A stretch of 64,000 bases of DNA from an uncultured Clostridia bacterium (GTDB lineage Bacteria > Bacillota > Clostridia > Christensenellales > CAG-314): NCBI GenBank assembly GCA_947624235.1, contig CANQJK010000001.1, forward strand, positions 4,153-68,152. Direction: 5' to 3'. This document shows positions 27,982 through 37,310 of this stretch, one piece after another (within the stretch, counting starts at the first letter, position 1; every line of letters begins with the position of its first letter). The notes beneath the pieces were generated by a model, which searched no databases, was not told the DNA's origin, and saw only the letters and a list, made by a program, of their open reading frames with translations. The position numbers and the translations under genes are program-made.

Positions 27982-28329
27982 CTAACGTATTAGCAATATA
28001 TTAAGCACAAAAAATAAAAAGTATTTTGTCGCTATCGAGCGAAGAAACTTCTTTGGGCGTGCGTTCGTCACACAAATAGCTTCGCAATACCTGACGCCAA
28101 AACAATTGCCGTACATATCGACGGTAATCGCTCTGCAATATGCGCCCTCGCTATATAAAGCGTAAAAAAAACAGCCTATATGATACGATGTATAATAGAT
28201 TATCATCTCAACTAAAAACAACAAAATTATATAGTTAGATCCCGAAACGAGTGTACAGACAATACGCAATACAGTCAAAGTCATTCGGACGCGCCGAAAC
28301 AAAATCCCCATATAAAAAACCACTCCCAC
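27982..28329 (-). CDS. hypothetical hydrophobic protein (weak call)
   Basis: 115-aa ORF rich in aromatic and hydrophobic residues. No convincing SD and no recognisable family. May be spurious. Confidence 0.2.
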   Translation of the reverse strand: MGVVFYMGILFRRVRMTLTVLRIVCTLVSGSNYIILLFLVEMIIYYTSYHIGCFFYALYSEGAYCRAITVDMYGNCFGVRYCEAICVTNARPKKFLRSIATKYFLFFVLNILLIR

Positions 28330-28365
28330 AGCCGTTTGAACCGACTTTGGAAGCGATGAAACCGT

Positions 28366-29061
28366 TCAAATAATTTGAGTGAGCTTGTTGCCGACGAGAT
28401 CGCAACTGGTAAGATAAAAATCTATGCCGAATTTATTCATAAAAAGGTTGGCGCGACAATCCTTGCCGTGCAAATGTCCGTACACTACCGTGGGGACTTC
28501 CGCGAGTATCAATTGCTTGATAAAATCGCTATCGTCGTATTTTACGTTGAAGGGAGGATAATGCATTATCGCAATTACCTTGTCGGACGGAGTGCGCATT
28601 TTTTGCATGGCGGCAAGAGACAATTTTAGTCTTTCGTTTTCGCGCAAGTATATTTTTGTATCCTCGGCGCCGAGATTGTCTCCGTCGGGACAAACCCACC
28701 CGCGCGTTCCGCAGATCAGGACGTTTCCAAATCGCAGGCAGTCGTTTTGCAGAGCGAAAAAACCCTGCGGGATCGATGAGCGCACTTGGGACAATGTGTT
28801 CCACCAATAATCGTGATTTCCTCTCAAAATCACCTTTTGTCCGGGAAGTTTTGCGACCAACTCAAAATCGGGCAACGCATCCTCCATGCGCATTGCCCAA
28901 GAAAAATCACCCGGTAAAAGCACCAGATCGTCCTGCGAAACCTTGGCTTGCCAATCGGAACAGATCTCTTCAAAATAATTTTCCCACGCCTTGCCGAAAA
29001 TTCCCATCGGCTTTTCGACAACAGTGGATAAGTGCAAATCGCTTATCGCAAATACGTTCAT
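28366..29061 (-). CDS. metallophosphoesterase (calcineurin-like)
   Basis: 231 aa. Motifs ISDLHLS, LLPGDFSW, GNHDYWW and GHLHG. Confidence 0.85.
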   Translation of the reverse strand: MNVFAISDLHLSTVVEKPMGIFGKAWENYFEEICSDWQAKVSQDDLVLLPGDFSWAMRMEDALPDFELVAKLPGQKVILRGNHDYWWNTLSQVRSSIPQGFFALQNDCLRFGNVLICGTRGWVCPDGDNLGAEDTKIYLRENERLKLSLAAMQKMRTPSDKVIAIMHYPPFNVKYDDSDFIKQLILAEVPTVVYGHLHGKDCRANLFMNKFGIDFYLTSCDLVGNKLTQII

Positions 29062-29093
29062 TTATTGATTGTAACACAGTTTGCGTTTTTTGT

Positions 29094-29312
29094 CTACACG
29101 ATACCGCCCTTTTTACTGCGCTTGGCTCGACATTCCGAACACATAATATCGTCTATGCCTATGGGATTTTTTTCGCAATAGGGACAAATAAGTTCATCGT
29201 CATCGTCAAAGATGCTTTTTCTTCCGTCCAGTTCGTCCTTACACACCTTGCAAAGCTGTTCGTCCAACGTTATATAATTCAATCCACAACGCGGACACCT
29301 TTTGTATTTCAT
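29094..29312 (-). CDS. small double zinc-ribbon protein
   Basis: Start moved to MKYKRCPRCG (GGAGA SD 8 nt upstream). Four CxxC pairs: CPRC, CKVC, CPYC, CSEC. 72 aa. Confidence 0.6.
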   Translation of the reverse strand: MKYKRCPRCGLNYITLDEQLCKVCKDELDGRKSIFDDDDELICPYCEKNPIGIDDIMCSECRAKRSKKGGIV

Positions 29313-29426
29313 AGTTAAGCTCTCCAATCTACACTTCAAACTATGAAATAACGGCAACATGTGTTACTGCAAAAAGGGAGATCGGATATCCTCCGCTCTC
29401 CCTGTTTTTATCGTCTTACGATATTG

Positions 29427-30074
29427 CTATTGATTGTTGCCTCCGCCCGTTGTGCGTCCCCCGGGAAATAAAGGCAACTCAAAATATCCCGAGCACACCT
29501 CTTCGGTGTATTCCTGACAAGGCGGAATAATTGCATATCCGTACGTCGGAATGATAAGCTCCACATCCATTGTAACTTTGAGAATTGCTGTAACACAGCA
29601 ATTTATCACAAAGATGTAGTAAGTAACGCCGTCTATGACCTGCGTTTGACTGTACTGTCCTTCGGGGCTGACAGCCGACACGCTTGCTTCGATCATGTAC
29701 GGAATTATGGAAGGTTCGGGCAAAAACATCACCACGTCCACAGGGACCGTAACGGTTCCCATACCGCTTCCCTCTTCGTTGTTGTTATCTATGTAAGTTA
29801 CTTCCACAGGGACGACCACGTCCGCCTGCACTCTTCCATACTTGGGACGCTCGGTCAAGCGCTCCACCACAAGGTTTTCGATTATACCTTTTGTAGTTGT
29901 ACTCTTTGCGCTTACGAAACGCAGGGGCAAAGCGGGAGACGACGGGTTTACGTCGGAAATACTTACCGTTATTTGTTGCAAAGTTGTTTGCTTGACGCAT
30001 GCGTCAAACACCTTTTTTCCTTGAATACAAATTTTTTCACTGCAATTATTGCCATCTATATTGTTTACCGGCAT
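29427..30074 (-). CDS. hypothetical beta-rich cysteine-containing protein (candidate structural / spore-surface protein)
   Basis: 215 aa. AGGAGG SD. N-terminal NCSEKICIQGKKVFDAC, alternating beta-strand patterns (VVVPVEVTYID, TVTVPVDVVMFL, AILKVTMDVELIIP), a CC pair and C-terminal Cys residues, and a Gly-rich tail. No family confidently recognised. Confidence 0.7.
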   Translation of the reverse strand: MPVNNIDGNNCSEKICIQGKKVFDACVKQTTLQQITVSISDVNPSSPALPLRFVSAKSTTTKGIIENLVVERLTERPKYGRVQADVVVPVEVTYIDNNNEEGSGMGTVTVPVDVVMFLPEPSIIPYMIEASVSAVSPEGQYSQTQVIDGVTYYIFVINCCVTAILKVTMDVELIIPTYGYAIIPPCQEYTEEVCSGYFELPLFPGGRTTGGGNNQ

Positions 30075-30264
30075 TGATTACCTCCTATGATAGTCAATAT
30101 ATTGTATGAACAAGTCTGTCAAAATGTGTTTGCAACGAAAAAAGGTTTAAGAATTGTTGTCGTATAAAAAACAAAATATGGTTTGTGACAGCATATTACG
30201 CTTGTGCACTTTGATCACCGTATTGTTTGTATATAATGCGTAAGTGAGTCACTGTCGCTATCTG

Positions 30265-30308
30265 CATTTACACACACTCTCTCATTTACATTAACATTGA
30301 CATTTACA
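30265..30308. repeat. three direct CATTTACA repeats at exact 18-bp spacing
   Basis: CATTTACA at 30265, 30283 and 30301. Intergenic, about 190-235 bp upstream of the 215-aa gene. Confidence 0.8.
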
Positions 30309-30483
30309 TTATCATTAGATACACGTTTGATACGTTTTGTTCTTGTTTGTTATTTACCGAAAAAAGGCAAATCGTCGGACGACAACCCTGCTTTTTCACA
30401 TTTCTGCCTCGACGAGAACCAAAAGGACAAAATAAAAGACATCTACCATGTAGATGCCTGCGTTTGTCTGAGCGTGCGTTGCG

Positions 30484-31071
30484 TCAGTCGATATCGAAAT
30501 GTCTGAAACGATCCTTCATATGTCCAAAATAGAAGGTGATAAGTTCGCGCGCCTTGCGTTCCAACACCTCTTTGGGATCGTCGTTACTGAGGATACGAAA
30601 GAAACTTGTCAAAAAGCCTTCGGCTACGGCACTGTAAAAATCGGGGTTTTCTATTTTTTCGTCGATCTCGGGAAAAACGTTTTGCACCAATTCCTTTATT
30701 TTGCCCGCGATCATACCGATGATATAATTTACAAAAGCTTCGTAGTGTACGGTATTGCCTTTTCGAATGATCAATAGCTCGTCGTTGTACTGCATTATAA
30801 AAGCTATCAACATTTGGGAAATTTCTTTCATGCTTTTGTTTTCGAAAGCAAAATCGTTATCCACAAATTGTTTCAGGCTTTCCATAAACGGGTTGATCAC
30901 GGCAAAGTAGAGAGCCTCCTTGTTGGTGTAATATCTGTAAATATTTCCTAACGAGATCTCTGCATTGTTGGCGATATTGCGAATAGACGCGTCGGCATAG
31001 CCCTGTTCTTTGAACTCTTCCACTGCCGCCACCAGTATCTTTTCCCTGATCTCCCTCTTTAAGTACTGCAT
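30484..31071 (-). CDS. TetR/AcrR family transcriptional regulator
   Basis: HTH REKILVAAVEEFKEQGYADASIRNIANNAEISLGNIYRYYTNKEALY. Start chosen at MQYLKREI (GGAGA 9 nt upstream) rather than the track start 31107. Confidence 0.88.
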   Translation of the reverse strand: MQYLKREIREKILVAAVEEFKEQGYADASIRNIANNAEISLGNIYRYYTNKEALYFAVINPFMESLKQFVDNDFAFENKSMKEISQMLIAFIMQYNDELLIIRKGNTVHYEAFVNYIIGMIAGKIKELVQNVFPEIDEKIENPDFYSAVAEGFLTSFFRILSNDDPKEVLERKARELITFYFGHMKDRFRHFDID

Positions 31072-31211
31072 ATTGAGCATTCTCCATTGGTATAATCTGA
31101 TATGCACAATTACGAATTACTTCCGCTTCGTTTATGCCTCGACAATTATAACATACCTAATGAAGTTTTGCAACCCATTATGCTAAAAAATCGATAAAAT
31201 TTTCATTTTTA

Positions 31212-31940
31212 CTAATACGCACATTCCAACAACATCTTGTCTGCAAGCAGGGCGATAAATTCTCCGTTGGTGGGTTTTTCGGCGGATGTGTAGACTTTTA
31301 CGCCGAAAATACTGTTGATGTTTTCTATCTTGCCCCTGTTCCACGCCACCTCGATAGCGTGGCGAATGGCGCGCTCCACTTTGCTGGCAGTTGTATTGAA
31401 CCGTTTTGCAATGGACGGATACAGAGATTTGGTAATGGCGTTTATTATGGGCGGATTGTCCACCGCGAGTTTGATGCCCTCGCGCAAAAATTGATATCCT
31501 TTGATATGCGCGGGAATACCGACGCTTACAAATATGCTACTGATACGCTCGTCCAACGTCTTTTCGGAAATGCTCTTTTTGCGCACCACTTTTCCGCCTA
31601 AACGTTCGCCCTCGTAAACGTTGATGATGCGTTGTTCGAGTACGCCGTATTCCAAGGGCTTTACCAAATAATATTTTGCTCCGAGGTCCAATGCCTTTAT
31701 CACAAACACCTCGCTCTTCAATTCGGACGCGACAATAAATTTTGCCTCGCGATATTTTTCCAACAGCGCATAGCCGTCCTCACCGCTCATCATCAACTCG
31801 GTAATTACGACGTCGGGTGTTGTTTCGTCCAACTTGGCACGGGCGTCCTTGCCTTCAACATCGAACACGACGGAAAATTCGTCGTTTTCTTCCAACTTTT
31901 CTTTTAGTCCCGATTGACCGATCAAACCTATTGTAATCAC
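31212..31940 (-). CDS. spo0A: Spo0A-type sporulation transcription factor with atypical receiver domain
   Basis: GTG start after AAGGAGA. The C-terminal domain is unmistakably Spo0A (GIPAHIKGYQFLREGI, YPSIAKRFNTTASKVERAIRHAIEVAW, KPTNGEFIALLADK). In the receiver, GQ replaces the DD pair and E48 replaces the phospho-acceptor Asp. Confidence 0.9.
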   Translation of the reverse strand: MITIGLIGQSGLKEKLEENDEFSVVFDVEGKDARAKLDETTPDVVITELMMSGEDGYALLEKYREAKFIVASELKSEVFVIKALDLGAKYYLVKPLEYGVLEQRIINVYEGERLGGKVVRKKSISEKTLDERISSIFVSVGIPAHIKGYQFLREGIKLAVDNPPIINAITKSLYPSIAKRFNTTASKVERAIRHAIEVAWNRGKIENINSIFGVKVYTSAEKPTNGEFIALLADKMLLECAY

Positions 31941-31969
31941 AAATATATCTCCTTTTTGTTTGTGAGCAC

Positions 31970-32034
31970 ATTATATCACCGTGTTACTGTCGTATTCGTG
32001 TAAATATTGACTAATAAATTACAACATTGTCGAA
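31970..32034 (-). promoter_or_regulatory. spo0A promoter (extended -10) with 0A-box-like motifs
   Basis: Minus strand TGATATAAT (31978..31970). TGTCGAA (perfect 0A box) on the plus strand at 32028..32034, and TGTCGTA at 31988..31994. Confidence 0.5.
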
Positions 32035-32053
32035 AAAAATACATAATTTTAAC

Positions 32054-32079
32054 AAAAAAAGGCGAGTAATTTACTCGCC
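32054..32079 (-). terminator. intrinsic terminator after the 126-aa membrane protein gene
   Basis: Minus strand GGCGAGT-aaatt-ACTCGCC followed by T7. The hairpin overlaps the stop codon. Confidence 0.75.
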
Positions 32080-32451
32080 GAGATCATCGGTATCATCGGA
32101 GTGAGGCGCATCTTCATTCGATTCGTCCGAGTCGCACGCGTCCTCTATCTCGTAGGATATTTCTTCCCTGTGAACACGAATGTACTCCTTCAAATCAGGC
32201 AAAACGGAGATATAAAACAAAGAACCCGCCAAACCAATCAATAGCTTGCACACCACGGTGACCACCACGCTCAAAAACGGTATCCAGGCAAACAACATAT
32301 TGATGAACGTAAGCACCATTTCTATCAAAAAGCCCACTGCATATAAAGGCGTTCCCACGACAATGCAAAGCGTTTTTGCTACGATATAAAAGAAATTTTT
32401 GCTCCTGTAACGGAACATCCAATGAAGCCTTTCCAAATAATATTGTTTCAT
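32071..32451 (-). CDS. hypothetical membrane protein with acidic C-terminal tail
   Basis: 126 aa. Two or three predicted TM helices, then an ...EDACDSDESNEDAPHSDDTDDLGE tail. Followed by a terminator. Confidence 0.55.
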   Translation of the reverse strand: MKQYYLERLHWMFRYRSKNFFYIVAKTLCIVVGTPLYAVGFLIEMVLTFINMLFAWIPFLSVVVTVVCKLLIGLAGSLFYISVLPDLKEYIRVHREEISYEIEDACDSDESNEDAPHSDDTDDLGE

Positions 32452-32565
32452 ATATTGATTTTACTATATGTAGTTATAAAAGTCAAATAAATGTCTCGGT
32501 AGCAAAAACAAACGAGACGCAGTACTATACAATAGAAATTAGCAAAAAAAATTACTGAAAAGCGA

Positions 32566-32825
32566 TTGACATATACCGAAAAGAAAACTAAAATAAAAGT
32601 ACAATCGAATCCGGTAGGTGAGGCTACCATGGGGATACGGGTTGCTACCGACTCAACGTGGAGACACGCGGTGTTTGGGTAGCAGGATTTGTCGAAAAAC
32701 AAGGCATATCCTAATGCAACTACACAGCCCCATGATGCTAAAACTTGTAATGGTAGGCGTTGTTTCCGTCATATTACGAAACATTTGAGTCTGTACTGTT
32801 GCAAGTGCAGATTTTTCATTTACCA
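32566..32825 (+). promoter_or_regulatory. promoter plus M-box (ykoK-type) magnesium riboswitch upstream of mgtE
   Basis: TTGACA (32566), 17 nt, TAAAAT (32589). The aptamer at about 32605..32762 carries GGTAGGTGAGGCT, GGGGATACG and ATGCTAAAACTTGTAATGG, which closely parallel the B. subtilis M-box. A weak hairpin plus ATTTTTC precedes the SD. Confidence 0.85.
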
Positions 32826-32837
32826 AAGGGGGTAACA

Positions 32838-34217
32838 ATGGAATACGAAGAAATGTCGGAATTGAAAGAGCGCGTGCTGACGTTGCTTTCCGAGAAAAAC
32901 TTTCGTGAACTCAAACGTATCATCAACGAGTTGCAACCTGTGGACACCGCAATTTTGTTGGACGAAATGAACGACAAGGATATACTGCCCATTTTTCGAT
33001 TGTTGAGCAAGGAAAACGCCGCAGAAACTTTTGTGGAAATGTCCTACGACGGGCAGGAACTACTGCTCAACAGTTTTACAGACGCCGAACTAAAAGCGGT
33101 ATTCGACGAAATGTTTTTGGACGATACCGTAGATATCATCGAAGAGATGCCTGCAAACGTAGTCAAACGTATAATCAAGCAGTCTGACGCGGAAACTCGC
33201 AAACTTATCAACGAAATATTGAAATATCCGCGCGACAGCGCAGGCACCATAATGACCGTAGAATACGTCAGCCTGCGCGAACAGTGGACGGTAAAAGAAT
33301 GTTTCGATCGCATACGCAAAATCGCTGTTGACAAGGAAACAATATACAACTGTTATGTCACGGACGACAAACGCAAACTGATAGGCACCGTAACGGTAAA
33401 GGATCTGCTACTACACGACTACGAAACGCCCTTGACGGACTTTATGCAAAGAGAGGTAATATCTGTCGAAGCAACGGACGACAAGGAATTTGTTGCGCAA
33501 CAGATCGCCAAATACGACCTATCCGCGTTGCCCGTTGTAGACAGTGAAAACCGCATGCTGGGTATCGTAACCGTAGACGACGTACTGGACGTCATGGAGC
33601 AGGAAGCGACGGAAGATATGTCCATAATGGCGGCCGTTACCCCCTCCACTGACACATATATGGAGCAAAGCATATGGCAAATCTGGAAAAACCGTATTCC
33701 TTGGTTGCTTATATTGATGATCTCCGCGACGTTTACGGGGCTAATCATCAACACATTCGAGGGCACGCTCCATGCGATAAGTCCGTTGCTGTTTGCAAGC
33801 ATACCGATGTTGATGGATACGGGCGGAAACGCAGGTTCGCAAGCGTCCGTAACCGTTATCCGCGGGCTGGCGCTGGATGAAATACGCCCAAAAGACGCGC
33901 TCAAAGTGTTGTGGAAGGAGATCCGCGTGTCGGCATTGCTGGCGCTTTGCCTTTCCGTTGTATGTTTTGGCAAGCTTTATCTTTTGGACGGACTGGCATT
34001 CGGAAATCCCTACACCTGGGATATTTGTCTCGCAGTGTCACTGTCCCTCTTTGCAACGGTCGTGCTTGCCAAGATAGTCGGTTGCATGATGCCTATGCTT
34101 GCAAAGGTGTGCAAATTGGATCCCGCCGTTGTGGCAAGTCCGTTTATCACAACGATCGTAGACGCGCTGTCCTTGATAATATTCTGTCTTATATCCATGG
34201 GATTGCTCCAAGCCTGA
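32838..34217 (+). CDS. mgtE: magnesium transporter MgtE
   Basis: Start moved to MEYEEMSELKER (AAGGGGG SD). MgtE N-domain, tandem CBS domains, and TM domain with MLMDTGGNAGSQ. Confidence 0.95.
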   Translation: MEYEEMSELKERVLTLLSEKNFRELKRIINELQPVDTAILLDEMNDKDILPIFRLLSKENAAETFVEMSYDGQELLLNSFTDAELKAVFDEMFLDDTVDIIEEMPANVVKRIIKQSDAETRKLINEILKYPRDSAGTIMTVEYVSLREQWTVKECFDRIRKIAVDKETIYNCYVTDDKRKLIGTVTVKDLLLHDYETPLTDFMQREVISVEATDDKEFVAQQIAKYDLSALPVVDSENRMLGIVTVDDVLDVMEQEATEDMSIMAAVTPSTDTYMEQSIWQIWKNRIPWLLILMISATFTGLIINTFEGTLHAISPLLFASIPMLMDTGGNAGSQASVTVIRGLALDEIRPKDALKVLWKEIRVSALLALCLSVVCFGKLYLLDGLAFGNPYTWDICLAVSLSLFATVVLAKIVGCMMPMLAKVCKLDPAVVASPFITTIVDALSLIIFCLISMGLLQA

Positions 34218-34231
34218 CAAAAAAAACAAAA

Positions 34232-34263
34232 ATGCCTTCAACCGTGCGTTGGAGGCATTTTTG
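34232..34263. terminator. bidirectional terminator between mgtE and the AAA+ gene
   Basis: A-run, ATGCCTTCAAC-cgtgc-GTTGGAGGCAT, then TTTTTG. Confidence 0.8.
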
Positions 34264-34284
34264 ATACATACATATATGCGAATG

Positions 34285-36285
34285 TCAGTTGCCGAAACCG
34301 ATGCGATTGCGCTTTTTGTTGATGTGTACAAAGTCCTTGTCCACTATCGCATGGGCAAAGTCCTCTTTGGTGAGCACTACTTCGCGCTCGCCTGCAAGTT
34401 GAGCTCTCATAGCGGCCTTTGCACATACACGCTCGTATAGGTTGCGAACGTAACGCGCGTTGCTGAACTCACGCGAGGAAACAAACGCCTCGTCGAGGTT
34501 GAGGAAGTATTCCTTCACGTCGGCAAGCATATCCTCAGAATAGGGAACCTTGTTTTTGCACATAGTGACAAAAATGTCATACAGTTGTTCTCTCGTAAAG
34601 TTGGGGAACTCTATTGTGTACGGCATACGGCTGGCAAGTCCTGCGTTGCCGTTGAGAAGATTTTCCATTTCGTCGGTGTAGCCAGCCATTATTACCACAA
34701 GATCGTTGCGGTGGTTTTCCATTTCCGCAATGAGGGTATCCAACGCCTCTCTGCCGTAATCTTTGAAGTCGTCAGGCCCCTTGTAGAGGGAGTAAGCCTC
34801 GTCGATAAACAGCACCGAGCCGTAAGCCTCGCGACACATGCTCAGCGTTTTGGGAGCCGTTTCGCCGATGTATCTACCGCAGAAATCTCTTCCGCTGTGT
34901 TCGAAAAACTCGCCTACGCGCAAGATATTTTTTTCTTTGAGAATTTTGCCTATTATGCGTGCGACCGTCGTTTTTCCCGTACCGGGATTACCAACAAAGC
35001 GCATGTGCAGGCATGGATTGCCCATACCCTTGTGATTGTGCACCAACTCTATTTGCGAGATGATTTCGAGGATACGCGCCTTTATCTTTTCCGTTCCGAT
35101 AAGCGAATCCAACATTTCCAAGCCCGATTTATCGTCCACAAAATCGACATTGCACAGACGTTCCGTATCGGCGAGAGAAATGACCTTGTTGGCGCTTTCC
35201 GCGCGAGCGTTTACAAGATGCTTTTGATACAGCAATTCGGACACCACCTTGTAGATGGTTCCGTCACCGTAAAAGCGACCGTCACTGCTTTCCTCGCGTA
35301 TACGAGCATTAAAGTACTTCCAAGCGGATTCTTCTATGCTAAATCCGAAGTTTTGAAGCAAGCCTTCGGCGATTTTGTCCACTTCTTCTATCGTGTAGGG
35401 AGCAAAGGATACGGAGCGAATAAACATCACGTCGTTAAGCGCTCTGCCCACGTTGTCCATGACCTCCTTGTCGATAAAGGGGATGCGGAACACCAAAATG
35501 GAATTTTGGCAAACTTCGACGAGATTCAAAAGGAACGTCTTAAACTCGCCCGTGTTTACGTCGTTCATCCAATCGCAGATGTCTATGCAAGAAAGCACAT
35601 AACCGCCCTTGTTGTGCACTTCGGAGAGCACTTCTTCAAACGGATCGTCGTTGGGAGATTGGCGCCTTCTCAACTTGGCGTAATTAACGGATGTGGAAAC
35701 GGAGCACAGCCCGAGGCAGTTGATCAAATCGACAAATTCGTTCAAAAACGTTTTAAGACCGCAACCGTCGTTGATGGCAAACAAATAATTTTGTTGCAAA
35801 AAGATATTTTCGGTACCACATTCCTTAAACTGCGGAGCAAGCAAATTTATTTCGTGCGCAAGCGCCTTAAATTCGTTTGCGGAAACGTGAGAATCGATTT
35901 TAGCCAAGACGGATTCTGTGCTTTTGTGAGCGGACGTTCCGCCGTCGCGATCGCCGAACATTTTGCGTATTTGATCGGCAACGGAGTCGCTCTCCTGCGA
36001 TTTGGGAGACTCATCCTCGCTTTTTTGACCGTCCAAAGTCAAAACGGATTCGGTGAAATCGTCGTATTTGGACGCGAGATGCTTGCCGATCGCTTCCAAC
36101 AATCCCTTGACGTCGAGCGATTCGTCCGTCAGCAATTCTACATAGAAGTAGCCTGCATTAAGTATCGTAACTTGCTCGGAATAGTTGTTCAACAAAAAAT
36201 CTCTGAGCACAAATATGGGTTTGACGTCGTCATCGGCGTGTTTTTCCAACCAATCGGCGTCGAATTTCAATACTACTGTATTCAA
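34285..36285 (-). CDS. AAA+ ATPase of the SpoVK/CbxX type with a roughly 430-aa uncharacterised N-terminal region
   Basis: Start reassigned to TTG 36285 (GGAGGA 6 nt upstream; the track start lies inside the promoter). Walker A GNPGTGKTTVARIIG, Walker B VLFIDEAYSL, and SpoVK-like DYGREALDTLIAEMENHRNDLVVIMAGY. Confidence 0.85.
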   Translation of the reverse strand: MNTVVLKFDADWLEKHADDDVKPIFVLRDFLLNNYSEQVTILNAGYFYVELLTDESLDVKGLLEAIGKHLASKYDDFTESVLTLDGQKSEDESPKSQESDSVADQIRKMFGDRDGGTSAHKSTESVLAKIDSHVSANEFKALAHEINLLAPQFKECGTENIFLQQNYLFAINDGCGLKTFLNEFVDLINCLGLCSVSTSVNYAKLRRRQSPNDDPFEEVLSEVHNKGGYVLSCIDICDWMNDVNTGEFKTFLLNLVEVCQNSILVFRIPFIDKEVMDNVGRALNDVMFIRSVSFAPYTIEEVDKIAEGLLQNFGFSIEESAWKYFNARIREESSDGRFYGDGTIYKVVSELLYQKHLVNARAESANKVISLADTERLCNVDFVDDKSGLEMLDSLIGTEKIKARILEIISQIELVHNHKGMGNPCLHMRFVGNPGTGKTTVARIIGKILKEKNILRVGEFFEHSGRDFCGRYIGETAPKTLSMCREAYGSVLFIDEAYSLYKGPDDFKDYGREALDTLIAEMENHRNDLVVIMAGYTDEMENLLNGNAGLASRMPYTIEFPNFTREQLYDIFVTMCKNKVPYSEDMLADVKEYFLNLDEAFVSSREFSNARYVRNLYERVCAKAAMRAQLAGEREVVLTKEDFAHAIVDKDFVHINKKRNRIGFGN

Positions 36286-36316
36286 ATTGTTTCCTCCAAA
36301 AATCAAAATCATTGTT

Positions 36317-36345
36317 ATTATAACATAACGAAAATACAATATCAA
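36317..36345 (-). promoter_or_regulatory. sigma-A-type promoter of the AAA+ gene
   Basis: Minus strand TTGATA (36345..36340), 17 nt, TATAAT (36322..36317). Confidence 0.6.
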
Positions 36346-36387
36346 GTAATTGTAAAAAAAACATTACAAAATTCGCCCAAATTTGCC

Positions 36388-36418
36388 AAAAAGAAAGACC
36401 GAGACAAAAATCTCGGTC
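36388..36418 (-). terminator. intrinsic terminator after the collagen-like gene
   Basis: Minus strand GACCGAGA-tttttg-TCTCGGTC followed by TTTCTTTTT. Confidence 0.8.
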
Positions 36419-36461
36419 TGTCTTTGTCTGTCAGGACGTACATTCACTACGTCACTGTGCG

Positions 36462-37310
36462 CTAATCGAGCTTTTTGACCGTCAGATATCTGTTAAGATT
36501 TTCCGACGGCGTAAGAGTGGTCGTAGCGGAGGAAGTCAACACCAGCGTAAGCACGTTTCCCGCAGTCAGCGCAACTATCGCAGAGCCGTCAAGCGCAGAC
36601 GTGGTACCTGTGTTGAAGTCCTCGGTAACGGTCGCGGAAGGAGTAGGCGCGCCGTCCGTGTTCACGCTCAATGTCAGCGTTGCCGCGGGCGTCACGTTGC
36701 CTATCAGTCCGTAGTTTATCTCGTAGTTACCGCTTTCGGTCACAGTGATACTGTTTGTTCCGTAGGTCACATTGGAAAGGGGCATCGTGCTTTCAAGCGT
36801 CAACGTTGTAGGCGTATCCGCCGTCAAGTCAACAGTGTCGCCTGCCAAAGAATACAAACCGCCGTAAGCGGACAACCCCGTTGTTGAAACGCCCGGTGCG
36901 CCCGTTGGACCTACGGGACCTTGGATACCCTGCGGACCTGTGGGGCCTACGAGACCTTGTATGCCCTGGATACCTTGCGGGCCTGTTGCTCCCGTTGCAC
37001 CTGTTGCACCTTGAAGTCCTGGCGGACCTGTGGGACCAACGAGACCTTGTATGCCTTGCGGACCTGTGGGACCAACGAGACCTTGTATACCTTGCGGACC
37101 TGTTGCTCCCGTGGCACCGGTGGGGCCTACGGGACCTTGGATACCTTGCGGACCGGTTGCGCCTGTGGCGCCGGTCACGCCGAACCCGGGAGGCCCCATT
37201 ATACCCTGCGGACCGGTGAAACCGCGCGGACCGCGTACACCGCGCTCGATGATTACAGTATTTGTGCCACTTTCGTTGTGGCAACAACAATTGTTACTCC
37301 AACAACTCAT
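36462..37310 (-). CDS. collagen-like (G-X-Y repeat) protein with BclA-like C-terminal domain and Cys-rich N-terminal cap
   Basis: Start moved to [15 protein letters not shown] (AGGAGAG SD). About 38 GXY triplets ([19 protein letters not shown]...). The beta-rich C-terminal domain of about 140 aa resembles exosporium BclA-type proteins. Confidence 0.85.
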   Translation of the reverse strand: MSCWSNNCCCHNESGTNTVIIERGVRGPRGFTGPQGIMGPPGFGVTGATGATGPQGIQGPVGPTGATGATGPQGIQGLVGPTGPQGIQGLVGPTGPPGLQGATGATGATGPQGIQGIQGLVGPTGPQGIQGPVGPTGAPGVSTTGLSAYGGLYSLAGDTVDLTADTPTTLTLESTMPLSNVTYGTNSITVTESGNYEINYGLIGNVTPAATLTLSVNTDGAPTPSATVTEDFNTGTTSALDGSAIVALTAGNVLTLVLTSSATTTLTPSENLNRYLTVKKLD

